From: Eledone cirrhosa
Lineage: Eukaryota
Reading direction: 5' to 3'
Assembly (NCBI GenBank): GCA_964016885.1
Contig: OZ024740.1
Coordinates: 45,446,001-45,510,000 of the forward strand
Length of the DNA: 64,000 bases
The notes under the pieces are model-generated. The model was not told the DNA's origin and did no database searches. It saw only the letters and a list, made by a program, of their open reading frames with translations. Positions 52,401 to 60,656 of this stretch are shown here, piece by piece; the first letter of the stretch is position 1; every line of letters begins with the position of its first letter. Both the position numbers and the translations under genes were made by a program.

Positions 52401-55299
52401 AGATGATAGGACAGGGGTCCCTATCATTCCACTGCAAAAAAGCACCCAGCACTCACTGTAAATGAGGTTGGTGTTAGGAAGAGCATCCATCTGTAGAAAT
52501 CAAGCCAGAATCAGTTCCCGTCCCACCCTTGCAAGCAGGGAAAAGCGGACATAAAATGATGATGATCATCATCTTAAGCAACTGATGTATGTTTGAACTG
52601 TGTGGAGAATTGTAAAAAAAAATAATATTCTTTAGTATCTTATTCACCAATTGAATAAATTTACATACAGTACCTGTGATTTGCTTTCACTAATAGATTT
52701 TTGCATCCCTAGCAGTTGCTCTTCTTGTTTGTCTTTTTCTTCTTGCAGATCCTAAATTCAGTCATTAAAAAAAAGATCAAGACAAAAATTACTAAAAATA
52801 TAAATCACAAACAATATGCTTGGAAGAGTGCTAAAATACATCATAGGAATAAGCTATGGAAATGAAAATATATAAAGTAATACAATAGAAAGATAAAAAT
52901 TAAATTAAATAGCAGGAGTAAAGGAAAGAGAGGGAAGTAGTAGCAGACTGCACCCCAGTCTATCTCAGAAATGTCCGGCTAAGGCATTGCCACATAACAG
53001 CCAGTGACACCCACTAGATCAGCCACTCTACCTTACCGTGGAGGAAAATGGCATTTTGGCGACTGAAGATACTTGAGGCCTCAATGGTGACTCACATGAA
53101 AAAGAAGTAGCCAGTCAGGTCCCTATATTTAGCAATCTCCCTCTTCTTCCCATTACGAGTGGCGAAGCCCGGATTTGTGACTCAAGAGACAAGGTTGGAG
53201 ACAGAGAATGTATTGTAGCAGGTGTCATTCCATATTAGAGATTTAATGCAGCTATTAACCCTTTAGCATTTACATACTGGTGGAACTAGCGTAAAAATTC
53301 CAAACATGGAAGCAGGTACTAGAAAGAAAGGGTCTCAAAGTCAACCTGACAAAGACTAAGGTCCTCGTAAGTAGTCGAGAAAACAGAGCCCAGATCCCCT
53401 CAGGGAAATGGCCTTGCTCAGTATGTAGGAAAGGTGTAGGTAGGAACTCCATCCTCTGTCCCAAATGCAACAATGGGTACACAAGTGATGTAGTGGGATC
53501 TCAGGAAGCTTAGCCAAGAATATAGGCTTTACATGCAGCAGCTGCAAACGGCCACAGGAAACAAGCACCTCCAAAAGCTGCAAAAGGCTTTTCCCTCAAA
53601 ATGAAAGGCAGACTGTATGATGCGTGCATACGAACAGCAATGTTACATGGTAGTGAGACCTGGGCATTGTGTGTAGAAGACTTGCATAGATTAGAAAAAA
53701 CGAAGCTTACATGCTCCGATGGATGTGTAATAGTAATATATGAACAGCAAAGCATAAACGAACTGAGAGAGGGACTGAGCATAAGAGAAATCAAATGCTG
53801 TGTGCAGGAGAGGAGGTTGCGTTGGTATGGACATGTGATGTGTATGAAGGATGACAGCTGCATAAAAAGGTGCAGAGCACTAGAAGTCGATGGAAGCCAT
53901 GGAGTGGGGAGACCCGGGATGAGGTGATAAAAGCCGACCTTACTCAATTGCACCTCTCAAAGGTGATGACACAGGACCGTGACCTCTGGCGTCACGCAGT
54001 AATACAGAAGACCCGACTTCCCATGGGTATAAGTCGAAGGTGAAACATATAGACAATCTGCTCCACCCCCTCCCACTGCAAAATAGTACTCGGCCCACAC
54101 TGTAAAGTGGTTGTGTAAAAAGCATCCAGGAATCACTGTAAATGAGGTTGGTGTTAGGAAGAGCATCCAGCTGTAGCAATCAAGCCAAAATCAGTTCCCG
54201 TATGAGCAAGACAAGGTCAGCCGACCAGGCATTGCCCACAACAGGACAACCCGCCTAACTCATGCTAGCGTGGAAGAATGGACGTAAAACGGTGATGATG
54301 ATGATACTCTGAACAACTTGCTTCTCTGGGCATGGATACATTGAAGCTCCGATGTCTGGCAACTGACTTGGTAAACACCCACAAAATTATTAGCCGTCTT
54401 GCCAACAACAACCCTGAGCACCTTTTTGAATTCCATGTGTCTAACACGCGTGGGCATGCCTATAGAGTCAGAAAACAGCACATCTCCCATGACTTTCAGA
54501 AACATTTTTTCACACTTAGAGTTGCTGAAGCATGGACCAAACTCCCTGCATTGGTTGTTAGCTGTCGAGACACTGCATCCTTCACCTCCATGCTTCCTGA
54601 GATTCGCCAACACTACACCTGATATTCCCTCTCCATACACACACGTATATCATGACTCATACACTGTTCACTTTCCTGACATTTTAACATTATTCAATGT
54701 ACTATATAGGCACCTTTGATGAGTTGTAGTGCACCTGAGCACTGTACACAATAATTTCATTATTATTATTGCTCTATATATACTATTATATTTCCATATT
54801 AAAGGCTTTACCTCACAATATTGAATCTATGAAATTTTGATATTATTTATTTTGAGAACAATACCTTAACATCAGTATGAGTGTCTGGCTACAGCCAGTT
54901 TGAGCAGAAAGAGATGAGAGAATTCTGGCCAGATATGGTCGGTTTAAATGCTAAAGGGTTAAACATTGTAAAATTATAAGGGGATTGCAACTGGCTGAAG
55001 GGCTGACAAAAGTATAATGTAATCAATGTAATCTAAACCCATGCTACCGTGGAAGATAGACGTTAAACGATGATGATGATGATGACAATGAATCAAATGG
55101 AAAAATAAATTCCATTAGTAATTGATTTTTTTTCTAGAACTCCAAAAATGCTCACCTTCGTTTCATTTTTCAAGCTTTTCATCACTTCTTGCACTTTTTT
55201 AACCTCTTCTTTCTTTTTAGCCTCAAAAGTTTCCAACTTCCGGTTGAAATCAATCAAAACTTTTTCAGCCTCATCAGGAATTGATATGAGCTCTTCTAT
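31261..55299 (-). CDS. SMC4: Structural maintenance of chromosomes protein 4 (condensin subunit), 3' 18 exons, 866 aa plus stop; 5' part lies beyond the window
   Basis: All 18 exons are GT-AG and phase-consistent, totalling 2601 nt. Hinge: GIFGRLGDLGAID..RLFDLV..FYFALRDTLVA..VTLNG..GTISGGG. C-terminal ATPase: [63 protein letters not shown]. Confidence 0.98.
31507..31683 (+). mobile_element. SINE family 2 copy with a 17-bp flanking direct repeat
   Basis: B box GAGTTCAAATCC; body ctttcatccttatggggttgataaaataaagtaccagt..ggccttgtgccaaaagtagaaa; aaacaattattaaaagg at 31492-31508 and 31673-31689. Confidence 0.82.
32184..32367 (-). CDS. SMC4: SMC4 exon (184 nt; signature and Walker B motifs)
   Basis: [61 protein letters not shown]. 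Confidence 0.98.
33238..33411 (+). mobile_element. SINE family 2 copy (diverged) with TSD
   Basis: Same head and tail as 31507; attatatacatgaag flanks both sides. Confidence 0.72.
33772..34004 (-). CDS. SMC4: SMC4 exon (233 nt)
   Basis: EAIYMQRV..LKEMYQMITLGGDAELELVDSLDPFSEGIVF. Confidence 0.97.
34614..34793 (-). CDS. SMC4: SMC4 exon (180 nt)
   Basis: ISQLILHAI..LEERLSKMKPNLTAIQEYRKK. Confidence 0.94.
34860..35340 (-). mobile_element. Old degraded RTE 3' fragment
   Basis: Minus ORF contains ERTEIRMVWWISRVS..TNNELQRLMG..MRCLGHV, resembling the RTE C-terminus. Confidence 0.6.
36010..36183 (-). CDS. SMC4: SMC4 exon (174 nt)
   Basis: EKIEAHEKIL..KIKHWKKQ. Confidence 0.92.
37326..37590 (+). 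mobile_element. SINE with a family-1 head/core and a family-2-like tail
   Basis: The first ~155 nt are nearly identical to 28425-28600; then aaagtaccagt..ggccttgtgctgaaattagaaa. Confidence 0.8.
37729..37873 (-). CDS. SMC4: SMC4 exon (145 nt)
   Basis: NLKKSQEKLESLEKEKEE..ELEEKAKEVLERHSEIK. Confidence 0.9.
38336..38473 (-). CDS. SMC4: SMC4 exon (138 nt)
   Basis: LHKEIMDIGGNKLKAVQARVD..VGVTTSK. Confidence 0.92.
38933..39214 (-). mobile_element. Two adjacent SINE family 2 copies (one complete, one partial)
   Basis: Reverse complement of the family-2 body twice (gtaaggatgaaaggcaaagttaacctcg); tgacaaatataat recurs at ~38912, ~39101 and ~39215. Confidence 0.75.
39733..40430 (-). mobile_element. 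Non-autonomous RTE-tailed element with an internal ~48-bp tandem array
   Basis: Starts with a (cat)n..gtccgttttccttgcttgc tail, then ctacagctagatgcccttcctaa and ~8 diverged copies of gggtgcattttat..tggcactagcactaccactttacagagt. Confidence 0.7.
40471..40522 (-). CDS. SMC4: SMC4 exon (52 nt)
   Basis: YEKDAKVASKIEKEIQ; phases fit both neighbouring exons. Confidence 0.87.
41518..41644 (-). CDS. SMC4: SMC4 exon (127 nt)
   Basis: ALTTQETTLTQQI..AATPDKAEVEALQKKVEKYKS. Confidence 0.9.
42313..43325 (+). mobile_element. 5'-truncated RTE LINE (subfamily A)
   Basis: ORF 42469-42948 is the RTE C-terminus (LHGSETW..RRLRWYGHVMRM..GRPRK), followed by the 3' UTR and (gat)n tail. Confidence 0.93.
43570..43692 (-). 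CDS. SMC4: SMC4 exon (123 nt)
   Basis: LTEETSSRRQNKIKLESRIQELE..KYSMEIK. Confidence 0.88.
44546..44655 (-). CDS. SMC4: SMC4 exon (110 nt)
   Basis: GTISGGGNTVLKGRMGSSVV..MELTK. Confidence 0.93.
44795..44975 (+). repeat. ~48-bp tandem repeat (about 4 copies)
   Basis: Unit gcactcagtccactc(a/t)gtaaagtggtagtgctggtgctacaataaaat; same unit at 40050-40430, 50060-50225 and 51385-51680. Confidence 0.75.
45899..46083 (-). CDS. SMC4: SMC4 exon (185 nt, hinge)
   Basis: PESVPRLFDLVK..FYFALRDTLVAKDLDQATRIAYG..VVTLNGALIDIS. Confidence 0.95.
46812..47014 (-). CDS. SMC4: SMC4 exon (203 nt, hinge)
   Basis: GDLGAIDSKYDCAISTACGSLDNILVDTIDTA..TFICLDKM. Confidence 0.95.
47644..47848. mobile_element. 205-bp MITE with perfect 19-bp TIRs (piggyBac-like ends)
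   Basis: taaccctttagcatttaaa (47644-47662) and tttaaatgctaaagggtta (47830-47848). Confidence 0.85.
48149..48280 (-). CDS. SMC4: SMC4 exon (132 nt)
   Basis: LRNARVKIEE..GKLPGIFGRL. Confidence 0.93.
48440..48620 (+). mobile_element. SINE family 2 copy with a perfect 19-bp TSD
   Basis: cattatcatatttctaatg at 48421-48439 and 48621-48639. Confidence 0.88.
49031..49139 (-). CDS. SMC4: SMC4 exon (109 nt)
   Basis: QVKDIEQKIPIIEKDL..KKSSEE. Confidence 0.88.
51089..51234. mobile_element. Tc1/pogo(Tigger)-like MITE, TA-flanked
   Basis: TA-cagtgaaattcccttataac ... gttataacggaattttacctg-TA, imperfect TIRs. Confidence 0.65.
51385..51825 (+). mobile_element. Non-autonomous RTE-tailed element with ~6-7 copies of the 48-bp unit
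   Basis: Tandem gtagtgctggtgcca..ataaaa..cagtccactctgtaaa, then ggttggtctaagaagggtatccagctg and gcatggaaaatagatgttaa..(gat)n. Confidence 0.7.
51846..51967 (-). CDS. SMC4: SMC4 exon (122 nt)
   Basis: YNVSQSELDIYLSNEQNEQSKL..TLKERQ. Confidence 0.9.
52262..52566 (+). mobile_element. tRNA-derived SINE (family 1) with RTE-type tail
   Basis: Near-identical to 28423-28756 apart from a ~28-bp internal deletion. Confidence 0.88.
52674..52751 (-). CDS. SMC4: SMC4 exon (78 nt)
   Basis: DLQEEKDKQEEQLLGMQKSISESKSQ. Confidence 0.88.
53255..54962. mobile_element. TTAA MITE split by nested RTE (53279-54305, +) and CR1 3' end (54306-54770, +) insertions
   Basis: Left TIR at 53255-53278 and the MITE remainder at 54771-54962 match the intact copy at 47644-47848 in reverse. 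The RTE fragment has LHGSETW and RRLRWYGHV. The CR1 fragment has NTRGHAY..QKHFFTLRVAEAWTKLP and an (ATT)n tail. Confidence 0.85.
55156..55299 (-). CDS. SMC4: SMC4 exon (144 nt)
   Basis: IEELISIPDEAEK..VMKSLKNETK; tag|..|gtgag. Confidence 0.88.
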
Positions 55300-55388
55300 C
55301 TAAAAAGATTTTCAGTAAAAAAATATTATATATACATATAAACGCATCCAATATACACATACACACATATATATATATACACATGCAT

Positions 55389-55421
<33 letters not shown>

Positions 55422-55444
55422 CACACACACATATATATATATAC

Positions 55445-56689
55445 AAAACTTCTAAGTTCCATCAGGAAATTTACAGATGTCTCCTTCAGTTCCTGTGTTG
55501 ATTCGAATCTGATTCCCCAGAAGTGTCTTTCATGCATGGGAACAGGAAGAAATCACAAGGAGCCATATTGGTGCTATGGTGGGTGTTCTATCACTTTCAT
55601 TCCCTTGCTGGTCACCCAGATGGTCACTAACATTGACTTGTGGCATGGGGCATTGCCCTAGTAGAACCACCGCACTACATGGCAGTGGCCTCTTCTCCCC
55701 CTGAATCTTCTCAGAAATTCAAGGTAATACTCCTTTTGATAGTTTGGCTCTCAGGAACCCAGTCAATGTGAATTAACCCCTTGGAATCAAAGAAAGGAAT
55801 GACTATGACCTTTTCTTGCGACCTCCTCATCTTTGCCTACTTGAGAGAAGAGGTGGACAAGTGCTTCTACTGGGCACTCTGACAGACATAGGTGAATACC
55901 CAACCCTCATCACAAGTCATTACTTTATTCAGGAAACCTGTATCCAACCAAGAATGTCAGTGCAACATTCCATACGAAACTGCTTTTGGTTGTCTAAGAG
56001 AATCTTTGGCAAGAACTTGGCAGACTTTGTGGAGCTCCAGATCTTTAGTCAGAATTGCCTCCACAGTGCCAATACTAATACCAACAACTTCAGATATCAT
56101 CCTCACTAGCTCAACGGTGGCAGTATCGGTAGAAGGTTGGACGCCATGCTTTCCAGCATAGTTACGTCCCTTTATGGTCTGAGTTCAAATCCCATCAAAG
56201 TTAACTTTGCCTTTCATCCTTACGGGGTCGATAAAATAAAGTACCAGTAATGCACTGTGATAATTGCTGGCCTTGTGCCAAAAGTAGAAACAATTATTAG
56301 CCTTTGCACTTCCTCAATGTTTTATTCCTTTCGTGCACTGATGAGTGCTCCAGGTCTGCGTTCATTCTCACCCGGTTCGTTTCCTTCAGAAAATCATTTA
56401 AAGCATATGTAGAAACTTGCTTTTCTCATCAATTCACGCCATAGGCTTCCTTTAACATTACATATACTTTTTGTTTGATTTTCTTAAAAGTTTAACAGAA
56501 AATTTGATGCAGTAACTTTCCTCCATACTTCCCTGCATATTGCCAAATGTTGACAGATCAAGGAATTGGATCACACTGGTTGCCAATTGGTCACTCTATA
56601 CATAAGTCTACTTCACCATGAAGTAGCATTCTAATATTTAATGCCTCTCCTGGAATTTTCTCATTACTTATTGAACACAGTTTGTGTAT
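55445..56689 (-). mobile_element. Decayed mariner transposon (second family) with an internal SINE at ~56115-56298
   Basis: Minus-strand remnants CIKFSVKL..MLKEAYG, IHIDWVPE, NAPCHKS, EHPP..MAPCDFFLFP; TIR-like end near 56655-56689. Confidence 0.78.
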
Positions 56690-56699
56690 ATATATATAC

Positions 56700-57325
56700 C
56701 ATCATCATCGTTTAACGTCCATCTTCCACGCTAGCATGGGTTTGACGGGAGTTGTCCCACTTGAGGCAAGGTTGGTCGGGTGACCGTGTCTCGCTCATAT
56801 AGGACTATCTGGCAGGTTTTCTTCGGTTGGATGCCCTTCCTAACACCAACCACATTTACAGTGTGGAACTGGGAACTTTTTACCGTGTTACCTACATGGC
56901 CACATTACAGCGTGGACTGTGTTTTTTTGTCGTGACACCTACACGATCTTGATCTCATTTATTTGGACTGCATGTTGTGGTACCAACTTTACAGAGAGAG
57001 GGTGGTGTTGGTGGGAGTGGGAGGTTAGGGTAGAGGTAGTGGATTGGGGTGTATATTTGGTTAAGAGGTGCCTACTGACTGTAGGTTTCGCTTTGTACAT
57101 AGGCAAGGCAGGTCTTCTGTATTACTGCGTAGCGCCAAAGTGACATTGTCTTAGAGAGGTGCAAGTGTGTAAGGTCGGAATTTATCAGATCGTCACAGGT
57201 TTTTCTGGGTCTACCTACTCCGTAACTACCATCAATTTTGATCGCCCTGCACTTTTTTATGCAGCTGTTGTCTTTCATGCGCATCACGTGACCATACCAA
57301 CATAGTCTTCTCTCAAGTAAACAGT
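56700..57325 (-). mobile_element. 5'-truncated RTE LINE (subfamily A-like)
   Basis: WYGHVMRMKDNSCIKKCRAIKIDG..GRPRKT plus 3' UTR and (cat)n tail on the plus strand. Confidence 0.9.
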
Positions 57326-57345
57326 ATGATATATATATATATATA

Positions 57346-60300
57346 TCATCATCATCATTTTACGTCCGCTCTTCCCTGCTTGCAAGGCTGGGACGGGTCT
57401 TATTCAGCACAGCATCTCTCCACCACTCGTCACGGTCCTTCAGCATCTCCACCGTGAGCTTCAACGATCTGAGGTCTGTTCTCACCACCTCCGCCCATGT
57501 TTTTCGTGGTCTACCTCTACCACGTCTTCCTTCAACTGGCATTTCCTGGCACTTCTTCACCCATCGGTCATCCTCCATACGCATCACGTCCATACCACCT
57601 CAGTCTCCTCTCCCGTACACTACATTCTATCCCTCTCAGACAGTTTCTCTCTCAACACATTCATGCTGGGTCGTTCACGCACATCCAATGGAGCATGCTT
57701 AGCTCATTTCTCTCCAGCCGTCGCATATCCTCTGCAGTTGCTGCCCATGTCTCACTACCATGCAGCATCGTGCTCCTCACACAGGCATCATATAACCGGC
57801 CTTTCGTACGCAAGGAGAAACCCTTCTTCGTCAGCAGCTCCCTAAACTTCTTCCAACCCGTCCTTATTCTAGATACTATGGCCTCGGAACACCCCTCCTC
57901 CCATGCTAATCTGATCTCCTAGGTACTGGAAGCTATCCACCACTTCTATAGCACCCTCCTGCATTTGAAAAATGTGTCTATCAATGCGACTTCTACTGTC
58001 TAATTTCCCTGTACATCTACCGCATATTTCTCCCTACCTGTTAGTTTGCCTGCTATCCCACTACATCTCTTGTGTACACAGGATCTGCATTGTGTGCATT
58101 TTATAGACTTTATGCCAGTTCCTTTTCTGCTTATCGAACATGGCCATTTCCCTGACGGAATCTGAGTTTTGTCCTCTTTTCTACTCATGAACACTTTTGT
58201 CTTAGCTAGGTTCACTCACAGTCCTCTTGCTTCCAACTGCTGTTTCCATAGCCAGAATTTATTCTCTAGCTCCTCTACTGATTCTGCTATAAGAACCAGA
58301 TCATCAGCATAGAGAAGTTCCCATGGACAGCCAGTCTTAAACTCCTCTGTTATGGCTTGGAGGACTATAATGAACAAGAGCGGGCTGAGGACCGAACCTT
58401 GATGTACTCCTACTTGTATCTGGAATTCCTCACTAAACTCCATTCCTACCCTGACTTTACTGACAGTACCTCTGTACAAAGTTTGCACTGTTCTCACAAG
58501 CCATTCCTCAACACCTAGTTTCCTTAGGGACCACCAGATGACAGATCGGGGTACCCTATCAAAGGCCTTCTCTAGGTCAACAAAGGCTAGTATAGTGGCT
58601 TATTTTTCTCTAAGAACCTCTCTTGCAATTGTCTCACCAAGAAGAGGGCATCTGTTGTACTCTTCCCAGGCACAAAACCAAACTGCATCTCATCTAGTTT
58701 GACCCTTTCTCTAATTAGTTGTGCTAATATCCTTTCTGCCACTTTCATAACCTGATCCATCAGTTATATACCCCTATAATTGCTCCTCTCCAAAGCATCC
58801 CCTTTACCTTTGTAGCAATTTATGAGAATACTGCTGCACCAGTCTTTGGGTATGACACCACCATATATAGCCTGATTGATGATGCGTGCAACCAGTTTAG
58901 TGCCTACGTCCCCTGATGCCTTCAGCATCTCAGCAACTATACCCGATGGTCCGGCAGCCTTACCATTTTTCATTTCCTTAATCGCCTCTTGGACCCTATA
59001 TTTGTCAATCTCAATAGCTGGTCCCTCTGTCGGATCTACTAAGGGTAATTTCTCTCTCTCCCATTCGTTCTCCGCATTCATCAGTCTCTCATAATGACAT
59101 TTCCAGGCCTCCTTTTTCTGATCATTCGTGACACTAAGTACATCGGCATCATTCCGGACACATTTATCTCCAACATCCTGATTTGCATTGACACACTGCC
59201 TTGCAATGTGGAACACCGCACGCCTCTGATCTTCCCGTCGCAGAACATTGGCAAACCTCCTACTCTCAGCCTCCCTGCGTGCTAAGTACACCTGACGTCT
59301 AGCTTCTCTCTTAGCAGCTGTATATTCTTCCCTACTCCCACCGTTTTTCCAAGCCTTCCATGTTAGTCTTTTGTCTCTAATGGCCTTATCTACCACCAGG
59401 TCACTCTCTGTCTAGTAGCCTGCAGTAAGTTGTCACGTAAGAAATTCCAGTTATTATCTATGTCATACGTCTCTAAATTGTCATATACATCTTGAAGGGC
59501 TTTCCTAAATTTGTATTTTAGTGAAAGGTCTTTTAGCTTCCAGACTTTTCTTCTCCACACCTTCCTGTATGTCTCATTCCATCTCTTGCTTACTGAGATA
59601 TCACTAACGACTAACCTATGCTGTGGGGTACATTCTTCCCCAGGGTATGCCTTGGTATTAGACACTATCTGCCTAACTAGTAAGAAGTCAATCTGGCTTA
59701 TGTGCTCGCCAGATTTGTAGGTTATTAGGTGATTGGCAGGTTTCTGGAAGTTTGTGTTGCAAATAGTCAGTGTACTTGCATCACAAAATTCAAGAAGTCT
59801 CACTCCTTCTTCATTTCTTGCGCCGTAACCGTGCGCACCATGTACCCCAGTGTAACCATCCTGGAGCTGTCCAACATGACCATTGAAGTCCCCTGCTAGC
59901 ATAACGATGTCTCCGCCCTCTGTCATTGCGGTTGTTTGTAAAAGCAGTCTTTCTCATCTTTGCCTAGGCCTGCTTGGTGAGCATAGGCAGAGATGATTGT
60001 CAGTAGTCTCCTATCAACAACTAATCTAAGCTTAATTATTCGATTACTAACTCGAACTACCTCTATTGTCTTATTGATCCATCTCTCAGCCAGGAAAATG
60101 CCTACTCCCTCTAACCCATCATCCTTACCTAACCAGAATAGTTTATAGCTAAGATGTTTGCCTACGACTAGTCTCGCAGAGGCACTTCTCCATCTCACCT
60201 CTTGCATGCAGCACACATCCACATGCCTTCTCTCCAGCGTCATCGCTATTTCAGCAGATCTACCTCTGAGAGTGCCAACATTAAGTGTTGCAACTCTGAG

Positions 60301-60500
60301 ATGCGACGTCTTCATATTTTGTTGTTGTGCTGCTAAGCGTTTTGGCATTGATACACTGGTTGGATGCTCTTCTTAACACCAGCGCCACTTTACAGCATGG
60401 ACTGCCACCATGGGTGCTTTTATTTGTGCCACCAGCACTAGAGAGGATGTCTTACTAGACTCAAGGGCCCTCTCCACCCCTCCATTTTACAGCATGGTCA
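57346..60500 (-). mobile_element. Near-full-length, frameshifted RTE LINE (subfamily B), single EN-RT ORF
   Basis: LRVATLNVGTL..CMQEVRW, AGDFNGHVG, QHRLVV, NYRGI, GVHQGSVLSPLLF, LLYADD, GRPRKTW spread over at least 6 ORF fragments; very short 3' UTR and (gat)n tail. Confidence 0.93.
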
Positions 60501-60656
60501 TAAAAAAAAAAAATATATATATATATATAGGGAAAGAGTCAGCACCCCAACGGCTGAGCTCCGGCCGTTTTAACAGCTAGATCCGAACACACACACACAC
60601 ATGTCAAACTTGCCGTTGTTTTATACTTGGTTTTGTGCTGTACATACACACACACA

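Noticed and set aside
31261-55299. Intronic miR-15/16-type cluster as in vertebrate SMC4
   Set aside because: I saw no TAGCAGCA-seed hairpin on the sense strand, and the 5' introns are outside the window.
59390-60348. Craniofacial development protein 2-like host gene
   Set aside because: This common annotation reflects the RTE endonuclease domain; here it is part of a frameshifted LINE.
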